The notes: generated by a model not told the origin, from the letters alone. Shown: positions 47,468-59,487, counted from the first letter of the stretch. The stretch is DNA of 64,000 bases from Phormidesmis sp. (GCA_965248535.1 CBDFJR010000002.1:128001-192000), one strand, 5' to 3'. Numbers and translations are program-made.

Positions 47468-49795
47468 CTATTTACCTGGTGGCTCAGTGGGGGGCACTTC
47501 TTCTAAGCCAAAGGCTTCGGGCCAGGGTCGCGTTTGGGTGGCAGAGTCTTCAAGCTCAGGCACGATAAAAAGCTCTTGGTTTAGCTGCAACGTCGAGAAA
47601 TTGGAGAGCTTTTTCAACTCTTGCAGGGTCTCGATCGCCGACTGATAGCGCTTGACAGAATCGCAGCGCACCATTTTAGACAAGACGGTGGCTAGCCCAC
47701 TGCTGACAAAGGCTTTCTCCTCCCAGCGAATTTCTCCGGTTAGAGAATCGGGTCTTAGCTGGCTGGGCGGCAACCCGGTCAAAGCCTGAATGCCGATCAT
47801 GCCCACCGCATAGATATCACTGTTGTGTTGAGGTTTACCCGCTGCCTGCTCAGGAGCCATATAGCCTTGGGTGCCGATGCCGATCGTTAAATTGTTGCTG
47901 GTGTCTTCGGCGGCCAGTTTGCTGTATTGGTCTTTGACAGCTCCAAAGTCAATCAAGACGAGCAATCGATCGGTTTGGCGACGAATCACATTGCTCGGCT
48001 TAATATCTCGGTGAATCACCCGCTCACCGTGAACAAAGGTAAGAATCTCTAGCAGTTCTTTGAGAATATCGACGACTCTGGCTTCAGGAAGCTGTCTCCC
48101 TAACGAAAGCTCTTCGCTTAACGAGTGCCCCGGAATATATTCTTGAACGAGATAAAATTCTCCGTCTTCCTCAAAATAAGCCAGCAAGCGCGGAATTTGT
48201 TCATGCTTGCCCAACCGCTCTAGGGTTTCTGCTTCACGATCGAACAGTCGTCTTGCCAACTTTAAATGACCAGGGTTGTTGGTGGCAGGGCTGAGTTGTT
48301 TGACCACGCACTGCGGACTCTGGGGACGCTTGATATCTTGAGCAATATAGGTTTCACCAAAGCCGCCGTGACCCAAAATCTGTGTGATTTTATAGCGGCC
48401 GCCCAGGGTCTTGTTGGCGAGTTCAAGTTCTCGTTCTCGCAGCAGGTCTTCGCGATCGCTGCGCTGAGTCATCATCTCAATGGTTCTCGTAGAGCGCTTA
48501 ACTTCTTCGCTGATGCGCTTGTTGCGTTGGTTGATCAGATGCCCTGAGGCCGAGCCAGTCAGCCAATAGGTCACGCCCACTAGCCCGATCACGGCGATCG
48601 GCACGGCCATCGGCAAAATCACCAGTCCGCTGCCAAAGGTCACATAGCAGGCGCTGCCCCAGCCCAGCCCCAACACCCCCGCCCAAAACAGTCTAAACAG
48701 GGGTCGTCTGGCTTGACTCTGCAATAGCCCCGCCATAAAGATCACCAGCAGCACCAGCCCACCTGCCATAGCCGGGTCAGCAAACGCCTCGCGAATCGAG
48801 CGATCTTGCAAAAGGGTGGCGATCGCGTTAGCGTGAATTTCGACCCCTGCCATCTCGCCCATCGGAGTCGAGTGAAAATCTGGATTTGACTTTGTGATCA
48901 CTCCCAGCAGCACAATTTTATCTTTGAAGAACTTTCCCTGCTGGAGGTAATCGCTGTTCCAATTCTGAGCCGAGATCACGTTCCAAAACGAGACGGGCTT
49001 AAACGTGCCTGCTCCCCCATAAAAGAAAATATTGTCTCCCTGGGGCGGTGAATATTTGATCTTAGTCGCTTGCAGAGCCGCCTCTGCTAAAGAAGACACT
49101 TTGGCAGACCGAATAATTTCGGCTTCTGGGGTCGGCAGTCTGTCAATAAATCGACTGCCCAAGCGATGAACTTGACCGTTGGGTTCGGCTAAAAAGTTGA
49201 CATACCCGATCGGGGTGCGATCGCTGAGAAACGGCGCGTAAGGCAAGCTGAGGTTAGACTGCTCTCCTTGACGGCTGTCGCCTTGCACAAACCTGGCCGA
49301 TAGCGCGATCTGCCCGTCATAGCGCTGCAAAACGGCTTGGAGTTGGCGATCGTCGTCTGAAACCGCGCCCTCATAGGGGACTGAGCCATAGCTGCTGGGC
49401 AGATCCCACAAAACATCGGCGACCACCGCCTTGGCCCCGGCTTGCATCAATTTCTCGATCGCTTCCGCATAGATGGCCCGTCGCAAGGGCAGGCTGGTGA
49501 GTTGCGCGATCGAGGCTTCGTCGATCGCCAAGATCACAATCTCGCTGGGCGGCGGAACGGGGCCGCGCACTTTAAACAGCAAGCTTTGGGCTTGTCGCTC
49601 TAACCCCTGCACCGAGGGCGGGTTAGAAGCAGTCAACGCGGCTGCCCCGATCGCCCACGCCACCATCAGCAGGTGCCCTAAGCGATCGAATCTAAATCGG
49701 GGGCTAGACCGTTCGGGGCGGGTGGTGTCGTTGGCAGGCGTTGGCCGACCCTGCGGCAAGGGTTCTGTGAGCGGCGTTGACGGCTTTTCGGGCAT
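47468..49795 (-). CDS. CHASE2-domain Ser/Thr protein kinase
   Basis: IVILAIDE..S, GVEIHANAI (CHASE2), TMs, LG.GGFGETY, HRDIKPSN, DFG, APE. Confidence 0.92.
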   Translation of the reverse strand: MPEKPSTPLTEPLPQGRPTPANDTTRPERSSPRFRFDRLGHLLMVAWAIGAAALTASNPPSVQGLERQAQSLLFKVRGPVPPPSEIVILAIDEASIAQLTSLPLRRAIYAEAIEKLMQAGAKAVVADVLWDLPSSYGSVPYEGAVSDDDRQLQAVLQRYDGQIALSARFVQGDSRQGEQSNLSLPYAPFLSDRTPIGYVNFLAEPNGQVHRLGSRFIDRLPTPEAEIIRSAKVSSLAEAALQATKIKYSPPQGDNIFFYGGAGTFKPVSFWNVISAQNWNSDYLQQGKFFKDKIVLLGVITKSNPDFHSTPMGEMAGVEIHANAIATLLQDRSIREAFADPAMAGGLVLLVIFMAGLLQSQARRPLFRLFWAGVLGLGWGSACYVTFGSGLVILPMAVPIAVIGLVGVTYWLTGSASGHLINQRNKRISEEVKRSTRTIEMMTQRSDREDLLRERELELANKTLGGRYKITQILGHGGFGETYIAQDIKRPQSPQCVVKQLSPATNNPGHLKLARRLFDREAETLERLGKHEQIPRLLAYFEEDGEFYLVQEYIPGHSLSEELSLGRQLPEARVVDILKELLEILTFVHGERVIHRDIKPSNVIRRQTDRLLVLIDFGAVKDQYSKLAAEDTSNNLTIGIGTQGYMAPEQAAGKPQHNSDIYAVGMIGIQALTGLPPSQLRPDSLTGEIRWEEKAFVSSGLATVLSKMVRCDSVKRYQSAIETLQELKKLSNFSTLQLNQELFIVPELEDSATQTRPWPEAFGLEEVPPTEPPGK

Positions 49796-50507
49796 GTCTT
49801 GTCTAGCAATAGAAACTACTTATCGCGTGTCTTAACTGCACCCGTTGCGGAGAATCGCCATCCTCCGTCCATACGATAATAGTACTCACTTTCAAGAGCG
49901 AATGTCTGCGATCGTGCCTCTGCCTTACGTCAACCTTTTTTAAGAGTTTGAGAGGTGTCTAGGGCAGATCTGCCTGCTGTCTAAGATCCTGCTAGCCTCT
50001 TTCAAAAGAGGGCCGACCTCACTCTAGCCAAAGCAGTTTGCGATCGTTCGTAATGCGTGACCTTCACTCTTTTTAAAATATTTGTGATAATTGAATGAAC
50101 TCAAAATCTATCCTACAGGTGAGGAATCTCATTTATAGCTCAGAGTTCACTTTATAAAGATCATTAAGAGTCGCGATGAATCATGATTTTAGATAGCAGG
50201 AGAGTCTAACAAAAATCAGATCAATTCACTCATCAACCTGCGGACTTAGAGCTTTTTGTTTTTTAAAACGTCTACCCTTAGACGGTCTTACCCTCGCCAT
50301 TCACGCAATCGGAGATCAGACGTGAGGGTTGCGTCTAGTGTGGGAAAACTTTAGGTCAAGGTTTAACGACAGAACCGTTCAAACCACCGCTCAAACCGAT
50401 GAAGTGATTAATTCTTGAGGCGTTATTCCTAGCAACCAACAGGTTTTGCGTTGCTAGAATTAATTATTCCAATTTTGATTCTACAAATTATAGGTCTTAA
50501 ATTATCT

Positions 50508-51026
50508 ATGCATTACTCCATGAACCGTCTCTCTATTTTTGTAGACGGAAACAATATGTTCTATGCACAACAGAAAAATGGATGGTTTTTCGATCCAAAA
50601 CGAGTGCTGGAATATTTCATTAGTGAACGAGAGATTGAGTTAGTCAACGCTTTTTGGTACACCGGGTTAAAAGATCCGCAAGATCAGAGAGGCTTTCGAG
50701 ACGCGCTGATTAGCCTTGGTTACACCGTTAGAACTAAGATTCTTAAGGAATATTACGACGATACATCGGGTCGCTATTCGCAAAAAGCAAATCTCGATAT
50801 TGAGATTGTGGTGGATATGTTTAATACCGTCGATCAATACGATCGAGTGATTTTATTTAGCGGCGACGGCGATTTTGAGCGGGCGATCGAGCTTTTGCGC
50901 TCTAAAAGCACTCACATTACGGTCGTCTCAACCGAGGGCATGATCGCGAGAGAGTTGCGAAATGTCACCGATCGCTACATCGATTTGAATGACATTCGTC
51001 CTCACATTGAAAAAGCTGAATACTGA
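50508..51026 (+). CDS. labA: NYN-domain LabA family protein
   Basis: FVDGNNMFY, KANLDIEIVVDM, FSGDGDF. Confidence 0.85.
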   Translation: MHYSMNRLSIFVDGNNMFYAQQKNGWFFDPKRVLEYFISEREIELVNAFWYTGLKDPQDQRGFRDALISLGYTVRTKILKEYYDDTSGRYSQKANLDIEIVVDMFNTVDQYDRVILFSGDGDFERAIELLRSKSTHITVVSTEGMIARELRNVTDRYIDLNDIRPHIEKAEY

Positions 51027-51177
51027 AAGCAACCTTCCCCGATTCGTCACCCATCAACGGTCTTAAAGTAAATTCGCGTACTAGAATAGATTTTAAGATT
51101 GCGCCCCCGATAGCGATCGCTGTTTTTTGCATCTCTGAGGGTTCGATCGATCATCCCTTACTCAACTAAATCGAGCC

Positions 51178-52800
51178 ATGAACGTGCCATCTCAATCAGA
51201 CCAGATCATCATTTTTGATACGACTTTGCGCGACGGCGAGCAGTGCCCCGGAGCCACCCTTAACGTCGATGAAAAGCTGGCGATCGCTCGGCAACTGGCA
51301 CGACTTGGCGTAGATGTGATTGAGGCGGGGTTTGCCTATGCTAGCCCTGGCGATTTTGCGGCCGTTCAGCGCATCGCCAAGACCGTTGGCACCGCAGACG
51401 GCCCGATCATTTGCAGTTTGGCGCGGGCGATCGCCGCAGATATCAAGGCGGCGGCTGAAGCCCTCAAGCCTGCTGCCCATGCGCGAATTCACACCTTTAT
51501 CTCTACGTCAGATATTCATCTCGAATATCAGCTAAAGAAGACCCGATCGGAGGTGTTAGCGATCGCCGAAGAAATGGTCGCCTACGCAAAATCTTTTGTG
51601 ACCGATGTTGAGTTTTCACCGATGGATGCGGCACGGTCTGACCCAGGGTTTTTATATCAGGTGTTAGAGAGAGCGATCGCGGTCGGCGCAACGACCATCA
51701 ACATCCCCGACACCGTGGGCTATATGACACCGAGCGAGTTTGGCGACATGATTCGCGGCATCAAAGAAAACGTGCCGAATGTCGATCAGGCAGTCATTTC
51801 AGTTCACGGTCACAACGATTTGGGGCTAGCCGTTGCCTGCTTTTTAGAAGCGGTGAAAAACGGTGCACGGCAGCTAGAATGCACAATTAACGGCATTGGC
51901 GAACGGGCCGGAAACGCGGCCCTCGAAGAATTGGTGATGGCGCTGCACGTCAGACGGCAATATTTCAACCCGTTTTTGGGCCGCCCGGCTGAGTCAGAAA
52001 CGCCCCTGACTCGCATCAACACCCAAGAAATCTATAAAACCTCTCGTCTGGTGTCCAATTTAACCGGGATGCTGGTGCAGCCTAATAAAGCGATCGTGGG
52101 GGCCAACGCTTTTGCTCACGAGTCGGGCATTCACCAAGATGGAATGCTCAAAAACAAGCAAACTTACGAAATTATGGATGCTCAGTCGATCGGGCTGACC
52201 AGCAACCAGATGATTCTCGGCAAGCATTCGGGGCGCAACGCCTTTCGGACTCGTCTGAAAGAATTGGGCTTTGAGTTGGGTGACACCGAGCTAAACAAAG
52301 CATTTATTCGCTTTAAAAATTTAGCCGACAAGAAAAAAGAAGTCACCGATTGGGATCTTGAATCGATCGCCAATGACGAAGTGCAGCAGGTTCCTGAACT
52401 GTTCCGATTAGAGATGGTGCAGGTGTCTTGCGGCGATCGGGCCTATCCTACGGCAACGATTCGGTTGAGAAATCCCCAGGGCGAAGAACTCACCGACGCT
52501 GCCACGGGAACGGGCCCAGTCGATGCCGTTTATAAAGCCATTAACCGCGTTGTGAATGTGCCCAATCAACTCATCGAATTCTCAGTGCAATCGGTCACGG
52601 CGGGCATTGACGCGATCGGGGAAGTGACGATTCGGCTCAAATATGGCGATCGGATCTTCTCAGGTCATGCAGGCAACACAGATATTATTGTGGCATCGGC
52701 TCAAGCTTATGTGAATGCCCTCAATCGTCTCTATGCCGCCTTGCAGTCAACTCCGAGCGAACAAACACAAGACGAAGAAGCGGTGGTTGAAACTCGGTAA
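51178..52800 (+). CDS. leuA: 2-isopropylmalate synthase
   Basis: [41 protein letters not shown]. Confidence 0.96.
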   Translation: MNVPSQSDQIIIFDTTLRDGEQCPGATLNVDEKLAIARQLARLGVDVIEAGFAYASPGDFAAVQRIAKTVGTADGPIICSLARAIAADIKAAAEALKPAAHARIHTFISTSDIHLEYQLKKTRSEVLAIAEEMVAYAKSFVTDVEFSPMDAARSDPGFLYQVLERAIAVGATTINIPDTVGYMTPSEFGDMIRGIKENVPNVDQAVISVHGHNDLGLAVACFLEAVKNGARQLECTINGIGERAGNAALEELVMALHVRRQYFNPFLGRPAESETPLTRINTQEIYKTSRLVSNLTGMLVQPNKAIVGANAFAHESGIHQDGMLKNKQTYEIMDAQSIGLTSNQMILGKHSGRNAFRTRLKELGFELGDTELNKAFIRFKNLADKKKEVTDWDLESIANDEVQQVPELFRLEMVQVSCGDRAYPTATIRLRNPQGEELTDAATGTGPVDAVYKAINRVVNVPNQLIEFSVQSVTAGIDAIGEVTIRLKYGDRIFSGHAGNTDIIVASAQAYVNALNRLYAALQSTPSEQTQDEEAVVETR

Positions 52801-52871
52801 GTCGGCACCTCGTCGAAAATAGTGGTACTTTGTGGGGTGGCATTTGGTTCACCCCTTTTTTGTCAGGCGCT

Positions 52872-53672
52872 ATGCAAGAAGACGTGTTACGCAAAGAGCA
52901 AGACTTCCACGATCGCTGGGCTAGCACGATCGAGGTGGATGGCATTCGAGTCGCTGATTATTTTGAAGCCTGCACTGCCCCAGAAAATCGGTTTATTCTC
53001 CGACAACTGGGCGATGTCAAGGGTCAATATTTGCTCGATCTCGGCTGTGGTGCCGGAGAAAACAGCGTTTATTTTGCGCTACTCGGTGCGCGCTGTGTTG
53101 CGGCTGATTATTCACCAGGAATGGTTGAGGTAGCGCTAAAACTAGCCGAAATGAATGGTGTGCAAATTGAAGGACGAACGATTAACGCAATGGCGATCGA
53201 CTTTCCTGACAACACGTTTGATATCGTCTATGCGTCTAATTTGCTGCATCACATTCCTGACCCAAAACTCACGTTAAAAGAAATGCACCGAGTGCTAAAA
53301 CCGGGCGGCAAAGCCTGTTTTTGGGATCCGCTCAAGCACAATCCGGTGATCAATGTCTATCGGCGCATGGCTACCGAAGTCAGAACTGAAGACGAAACTC
53401 CGCTTGACATTAATTTGGTGAACTATATCCGATCGCTCTACTCTAAGACTGACTACGATACCTTTTGGATCGCGACTCTTTGGATATTTCTACAGTTTTA
53501 TCTGATTGAGAAAGTCAACCCCAACCGAGAGCGCTATTGGAAGAAGATCATTCTTGAACAGGCGCGGCTCGAAAAAACCTATCTGCGTTTAGAAAAGCTA
53601 GACCAATGGCTAAAAAAGCTGCCGTTCATGAAGCGGTTAGCCTGGAATCTAGCGATCGTCGCCACCAAATAG
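52872..53672 (+). CDS. Class I SAM-dependent methyltransferase
   Basis: LLDLGCGAG, FPDNTFD, RVLKPGG. Confidence 0.88.
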   Translation: MQEDVLRKEQDFHDRWASTIEVDGIRVADYFEACTAPENRFILRQLGDVKGQYLLDLGCGAGENSVYFALLGARCVAADYSPGMVEVALKLAEMNGVQIEGRTINAMAIDFPDNTFDIVYASNLLHHIPDPKLTLKEMHRVLKPGGKACFWDPLKHNPVINVYRRMATEVRTEDETPLDINLVNYIRSLYSKTDYDTFWIATLWIFLQFYLIEKVNPNRERYWKKIILEQARLEKTYLRLEKLDQWLKKLPFMKRLAWNLAIVATK

Positions 53673-53684
53673 AGTTTGCCCCAA

Positions 53685-54518
53685 ATGAAACAACGCGCTC
53701 AGGTTTGGCGATCGCTTCTCAACTATGGTGTGTTGAGCACGATCGCGGTTTTCATGTTGATTCCGCTGGTCTGGCTGGTCAGCACCTCGTTTAAATCTCC
53801 ATCTGAAGACATTTTTCAGTTTCCGCCACAGTTGTTGCCGAGTCATCCCACGTTTAATAATTTTGTCACTGTTTGGCAGAGCAATCCCTTTGGGCAATAT
53901 TTGTATAACAGCACGATCGTATCCGTGTTGACGGTCGTGTTAAATTTATTGTTTTGCTCTCTGGCTGCTTATCCATTAGCAAGACTGAATTTTAAGGGGC
54001 GAGAAGTTATCTTTAGCGCGATCGTTGCCACGATTCTGATTCCGTTTCAGATTGTGATGATTCCCTTATATATTTTGACAGTGCAGTTGGGGTTGCGAAA
54101 TAGTTATTTAGGGATCATCTTTCCAGCGATCGCGTCTGCGTTTGGCATCTTTTTATTACGGCAGGCGTTTCAGGGAGTTCCTAAAGAGCTAGAAGAAGCC
54201 TCTCGAATGGATGGCTGCTCTGAGTTGGGCGTGTGGTGGCACATTATGTTGCCGTCCATCCGTCCAGCGTTGGTGACGTTATCGATTTTTGTGTTTATCG
54301 GATCTTGGAGCGATTTTCTTTGGCCCCTGATTGTCTTGGATCGCCCAGAGCTATACACCCTGCCGCTCGGAGTCGCCAACCTCGCCGGAACCTTTACGCT
54401 AGACTGGCGACTAATTGCGGCGGGATCGGTGATCTCGATCGTGCCCATTCTCCTATTTTTCTTGGCAATGCAGCACTATATCGTGCCGTCTGAAACCGGA
54501 AGCGGTGTGAAAGGATAA
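53685..54518 (+). CDS. Carbohydrate ABC transporter permease
   Basis: Six TM segments, EAA loop ELEEASRMDG, WSDFLWPL. Confidence 0.92.
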   Translation: MKQRAQVWRSLLNYGVLSTIAVFMLIPLVWLVSTSFKSPSEDIFQFPPQLLPSHPTFNNFVTVWQSNPFGQYLYNSTIVSVLTVVLNLLFCSLAAYPLARLNFKGREVIFSAIVATILIPFQIVMIPLYILTVQLGLRNSYLGIIFPAIASAFGIFLLRQAFQGVPKELEEASRMDGCSELGVWWHIMLPSIRPALVTLSIFVFIGSWSDFLWPLIVLDRPELYTLPLGVANLAGTFTLDWRLIAAGSVISIVPILLFFLAMQHYIVPSETGSGVKG

Positions 54519-54567
54519 GCCTAGTGATTTAACGCGATGCACGACCTTTCTAGAACTGCCCAGAAGC

Positions 54568-54598
54568 AACCCTCACACCAGTTTGGGATGAGGGTTCT
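54568..54598. terminator. Possible terminator hairpin
   Basis: AACCCTCA...TGAGGGTT between convergent genes. Confidence 0.45.
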
Positions 54599-54701
54599 TA
54601 GTTGCACATTGCGTTATTTAAGTAAATTGAAGGCTCAATAGTGACCCTAAGACAAGCTAAAAAAAATGCTTCAGAGATGACTTTTCTACAGACTGAGCAC
54701 G

Positions 54702-55298
54702 TTATTGTTGAATCAATGTCCTGATCATAAAATCTGAAATGGCGTACAAAGTGGTTCCCAGCCCTAATACGAAAAAAAGCATCAACGCAAACAAACTGTA
54801 CTGAGAACCCTCAAGTATTTTTAATTCTGGAAAGAACTTACTGAAAATACGAAATCCGTCTAATGGCGGAATCGGCAAAAGGTTAAATAAGCACAGCGCA
54901 AAGTTGGTTTGTGCACCCAAACGGAAAAACTCAACGCTGAGAAGATCGGTATGTAGTGCGATCGCTAAGAATCCAACAAACACCAACCCTAGCACCAGGT
55001 TAGACAGAGGCCCGGCTGCTGACACTAACACATCACCCCACTGACGCGATCGAAACTTAGCTGGATTCACAGGCATAGCGCCCCAAGCAATGCCACCAAT
55101 GCACAGAAAAATGATGGACTCCCAGCCCATATGCACGACTGGATTAAGCGTCATGTGTCCGGTTTGCTGTGGCGTATCGTCTCCTTGACTGATCGCTGCT
55201 AGACCATGGGCTAATTCATGTAGGCAAATCGAAAGAATGATGACGACGATTAACTGAAAATAGCGAATGGGATGCTGAGATAATAGTTGAAAAAGCAT
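54702..55298 (-). CDS. Site-2 protease (M50) family
   Basis: HELAH, AAGPLSN, FNLLPIPPLDG. Confidence 0.92.
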   Translation of the reverse strand: MLFQLLSQHPIRYFQLIVVIILSICLHELAHGLAAISQGDDTPQQTGHMTLNPVVHMGWESIIFLCIGGIAWGAMPVNPAKFRSRQWGDVLVSAAGPLSNLVLGLVFVGFLAIALHTDLLSVEFFRLGAQTNFALCLFNLLPIPPLDGFRIFSKFFPELKILEGSQYSLFALMLFFVLGLGTTLYAISDFMIRTLIQQ

Positions 55299-55384
55299 TA
55301 GTTTTAGCTCCTTGAATGACACCCAAGAAAGTATTTTGATAGCGGAGACTTTCAACAACACTAGGCAAGAAAAGTCTATTGATT

Positions 55385-55561
55385 CTATTTCTCAGGTGAC
55401 TGATGAACAGGGAGCGATTGAGAGGATTGTGAAGGTATAGAACACCCTGAATAAATTTGAAATGCTGCAATAGCTAACACTGCGATCGTGGTTAATAGCT
55501 GCGATTTCTGATGGAGAGGCTGCCAAATCTTTCGAGTGTGTTGAGGCTGGCTTCCAGACAT
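55385..55561 (-). CDS. Possible small single-TM protein
   Basis: LLTTIAVLAIAAF hydrophobic core in a 58-aa ORF. Confidence 0.35.
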   Translation of the reverse strand: MSGSQPQHTRKIWQPLHQKSQLLTTIAVLAIAAFQIYSGCSIPSQSSQSLPVHQSPEK

Positions 55562-55813
55562 GGGTTGGTTCCTGATAGAGTTCAACGATTTCGTTATGCT
55601 CTATTAAGGTAATGTCCTAACAGATGGTTCTTGACTGGAGAATCTACTGAAATAGACGAGCAAACCTCTTCGATATTGCTATTTCTCCACATAAATGAGT
55701 CGCAACCGAGAGGGTTATTAACTGCAAAAGCGCACGCCTATTGACAACCGACCTGCGAGAAAAAGTCATCAGGTCAGCATCAGCCAAGTCGTTATGGATT
55801 AGTTAGAAAATCT

Positions 55814-58267
55814 CTATTTGGAGGTCAATTTAGGGTAAGCAATGCGCTGGTGATTAGATTGTTGCCAGACTTGGACAAAAATTTGAGCGATCGTGGTCAT
55901 CTCATCCCGCGTCAGACCCGTCTCGGCGAGTTGCCCATCTTGCCAACGAGCGCGCAGAATTTTGTTAATCATATTCAGTGCATCGTCAGGCGTGGCATCT
56001 TTGAGCGATCGCAGCGCCGCCTCACACGAATCGGCCACCATAACGATCCCCGTCTCGCGTGATTGAGGAGCCGGGCCCGCATAGCGAAAATCGTCATCAT
56101 TGACTGATTTAGTAGGGTCTTGCTGCGAGATCTGCTGCGCCTGATGATGAAAATAAGTGATCAGCATCGAACCCTGATGTTCAGGAATAAACGCCTGCAC
56201 GAGTTTTGGCAACCGAGCTTTGCGCGCCATCACCATGCCCTCAGTGACGTGCTTTCTAATAATCGCTGCACTCTTCCAAGGGTCGTTAATCAGATCGTGC
56301 TTATTGGGCCCGCCCATTTGATTTTCGATAAAGCCCTGCGGGTCGTGCATCTTGCCGATGTCGTGGTAGAGCGTTCCCGTTCTCACAAGTTCGACATTGC
56401 AGCCCAACTCTCGTGCAGCAGCTTCGGCCAGCGTCGCCACAAACAGCGTGTGCTGAAAGGTGCCGGGGGTTTCTGCCGCCAATCGTTTGAGCAAGGGACG
56501 ATTGGGATTTGCCAGCTCAACTAAGCGAATCGTGGTGACCAAATCAAACAGGTTTTCAAGATAGGGACTCAGCCCGATCGCGACCACACTCCACGCCAAA
56601 CCCAACAGCGCATTGATTGCAGTGGCTCCTAAAAGCTCATACCAGCCGATTCCAGAAGCCAGGCTGAGCATCAAAAACAGTCCACCTTGAGTTAACCCAA
56701 CCGCAATGCCTAAGAGAGCTAACTCTTCTCGCGATCGCAGCCTGCCCCCAAAAAAGGCCGCCAGCAAACCGCCCGCCACACTGGGCAACCCATGACTGAT
56801 CCCGATCGTCATCCCCATCGGCAGCAGCCCACTGATCAGCCCGGTGAGCGTTAGGGCCATTGCTGACCCATAAAACGTGCCCATCAGCAGCCCGATCGCA
56901 GGCAAATTGGTAGACGGAACGCCAAGCATGATCAGCATCGGTGTACTCAGCGTCAGCAGCCACACGAGAATATAGTCTCGATTGCGTAAACCCTTGACAT
57001 AAAAGCGGCGATCGACAAACCAAAACAGCACCACTGCCCCACTCACCAGCACTCCAAACGTGATAAACCCCAGCCAGTTAGTGCCTCTGAGACTGAGATT
57101 AAATGAGTCGAGCAGCACAAATTCTCTGGGCGTGATCGTTTGACCCGCTGCCACAATCACTTCACCCTGCCGAATTGAAATGATCTCTGGCTTGACTTCT
57201 TGAGCCGCTTGCTCTGCTTTGAGTTTGCTTTGCTCTTGATCTTTGACGAGATTGGGTTGCAGCGTCAGCAGCAGCAGTTTGGCCGTCAGCGATCGCCACT
57301 CTGGCGCAATGCCAACCTGAGTTTGCAGATTGACCGCGTTTTCTAGCAGACTTTGGGGCAACCCCGGCGAGATGCCTTGGGCGAGGATGCGATCGCTGAC
57401 TTGAGTGATTTGCATCTGCAACTGCTCCCAGTCAAGATCCGGCAGATCTAAAAAAGCCGCGTCATAAAGACCGCTAGATTGAGCCATCGCCGGATCTTTG
57501 AGGGTCGCGATCGCGCCAGCATAGAGTCGGCGGGCTTCGGTGACTTTATCGAGCACGATCGCCAGCGCTTGAGGGGTGGTCAGTCGGCGATAGGCTTGCA
57601 ACTCAGCGATCGCTTGACCTTGAGTGGTACTCGCGATCGTCACTTTGGGCAACGTCGGCGCAGGCTTGCCAGGAACCTGTTTAATGGGGGCTTTTTCCTG
57701 CAAGGCGGCTAAAATCCCTCGCCACTCGCCTTCTTCGGCCATTCGCAGATAGCGCTGGGTTTGAGCCGACAGCGTTTTGGTATCGACAAAGGGATAAGAC
57801 CCTGCCAGTTGCCGAAAACTGTTGCCCTTGGCAAAGGCCGCTTGCAGATCTTGGCGAATTTGATCATTAATTCGGGGATCGACCATTAAAACAGTTATGG
57901 CGATCGTGCGCGCCGCTTTCCGTTTTTCTTCGGTGGCTTTTGTGTCGATCACGGCTGCATCGGCAGGGGCGTGAATGGTCTGCGACGACACCTTGCCTGC
58001 GCTTAACTGCGGCTGATTATAAAAGCGTTGTCCAAAGGCGCTTGTGATCGAAATGACCATAATGGCGATCACAAGCGTGGGATGCGCCCCTTCTCGAAAG
58101 CTGAGTTGTCTTCGCAGACGCTTGCTGCCCTGCGACAGATTTGCCGATGCCGGGATCGAAGACAGAATCAGACGCGGCAACCCTGAATCTGCCTTCTGAC
58201 GCAAAGACTTGCCAGACCTAATGCACATCTGTTGAATTCGTCGTGTCAAAGACTGAAGAGATCGCAT
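55814..58267 (-). CDS. 7TM-HDIG phosphodiesterase-family protein (PgpH-like)
   Basis: Large extracellular domain, about 7 TMs, PGTFQH, YHDIGK, EHQG, ADSCEAA. Confidence 0.9.
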   Translation of the reverse strand: MRSLQSLTRRIQQMCIRSGKSLRQKADSGLPRLILSSIPASANLSQGSKRLRRQLSFREGAHPTLVIAIMVISITSAFGQRFYNQPQLSAGKVSSQTIHAPADAAVIDTKATEEKRKAARTIAITVLMVDPRINDQIRQDLQAAFAKGNSFRQLAGSYPFVDTKTLSAQTQRYLRMAEEGEWRGILAALQEKAPIKQVPGKPAPTLPKVTIASTTQGQAIAELQAYRRLTTPQALAIVLDKVTEARRLYAGAIATLKDPAMAQSSGLYDAAFLDLPDLDWEQLQMQITQVSDRILAQGISPGLPQSLLENAVNLQTQVGIAPEWRSLTAKLLLLTLQPNLVKDQEQSKLKAEQAAQEVKPEIISIRQGEVIVAAGQTITPREFVLLDSFNLSLRGTNWLGFITFGVLVSGAVVLFWFVDRRFYVKGLRNRDYILVWLLTLSTPMLIMLGVPSTNLPAIGLLMGTFYGSAMALTLTGLISGLLPMGMTIGISHGLPSVAGGLLAAFFGGRLRSREELALLGIAVGLTQGGLFLMLSLASGIGWYELLGATAINALLGLAWSVVAIGLSPYLENLFDLVTTIRLVELANPNRPLLKRLAAETPGTFQHTLFVATLAEAAARELGCNVELVRTGTLYHDIGKMHDPQGFIENQMGGPNKHDLINDPWKSAAIIRKHVTEGMVMARKARLPKLVQAFIPEHQGSMLITYFHHQAQQISQQDPTKSVNDDDFRYAGPAPQSRETGIVMVADSCEAALRSLKDATPDDALNMINKILRARWQDGQLAETGLTRDEMTTIAQIFVQVWQQSNHQRIAYPKLTSK

Positions 58268-58509
58268 AGAGACTGACGGGTGAGGTGATTCAGAACAGCC
58301 CAATTGAGCAGGTTAACGAAGCGCTAATTAAATCGACTGTAATGCAAGTGTCCTATGGAATGGCTTTCCTCGGCTAAACTCACAGCATTATCTTGATTAT
58401 AAGAATTCACTCGCTAAAGGATGAGTATCCCTAACCCCCCACCCATCAAAAATTACACGTCATGGATGGGCATTGCCGCGCCTCAGCCTTCTGCAAACAA
58501 CCCACGATC

Positions 58510-59428
58510 CTACACAACTCGTCGGATCACCTGCGGAGCCGCGATCGCCGGAACTTGTCCAAATTCTTTTGAGAAGGTGAGCGGCTCATAAACGCCAGAC
58601 CATCTTGCCAACAGGCAATTTGCTAGATTCAAAAGCTCAGGCTGGGTCGTGATTTCTTCAGAAGAAATCTCCCAAGCATCCAGCGCTAGCTGCCAGTCGA
58701 TCGGAATGCCACTCAGGCTGTTAAATGCCCCCGATAATGCCCCTGTGAGCGCTCCCACCAACGGCGCACACGGCCCTGTCTGTGCGGCTCTCAGCAAGGC
58801 TAACCGCAGATCATAGGGAGTGCTGAGAAAACAGTAGAACGCCAGAGCGATCGCTGCGTCATGATCTGAATTCGTGCTCACCCGATCGCAGGCAGTTTCT
58901 AACCCTGCTTGCTCATCTAACAGACGTTGAACTTGCTCAAACGGATGACTGCTGTTTGTCGCGTCTCTACTCAAAGACGTGAGACGGCTCGATCACCGTT
59001 GCCATCAGAGTGTGGGGATCGAGCTTTTCTTGCAGAGCGTCAGCGATCGCTCCCGCCACCGCAAAACTCTCTTGCTGGGCGATCGCCGAAGGCTGCCAAA
59101 CTGCCGTCTGTTTAAGGGTTTGCTCCAGTTTTTGACGGTCTTCGTGAAAGAACAGCACAATCGGCAAGAGCGCAACGATCGTTTCTCCGGCGGTTTTTGG
59201 CAGCGGTTTCTCGCCAAACTCCACCCGGTCAAAGCGGGTCGGCTGAAGCATCTGCTGTGTGTAGAACTGAGTCAGAGCCGCCCATTGCAGCCTGGTCTGA
59301 GGCGTTTTAGAACCTGACCTCCGACCTAAAGCGGGCATGTTTGGCCGAAGACGCTGAAGCCCGATCGCTTCTCCTAAAACTGCCCCAAACAGAGTGGCTT
59401 GAAATCGATGCAGAAGCGCGTATTGCAT
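58510..59428 (-). pseudogene. ADP-ribosylglycohydrolase-like gene split into two overlapping ORFs
   Basis: 58967-59428 has RFQATLFGAVLGEAIG; 58510-58974 has ALAFYCFL...GALTGALSGAFN...IP..W; frame change near 58970. Confidence 0.65.
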
Positions 59429-59487
59429 GAGTTTGAAGTTTATCGCTTAAAATAGCTCTGTCTCAATTCTGCTGAGGGTCAAGTTTC

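Noticed and set aside
49800..50500. Long intergenic region as a riboswitch or sRNA
   Set aside because: Only short hairpins; no family could be recognised by eye. The same applies to 60200-60580.
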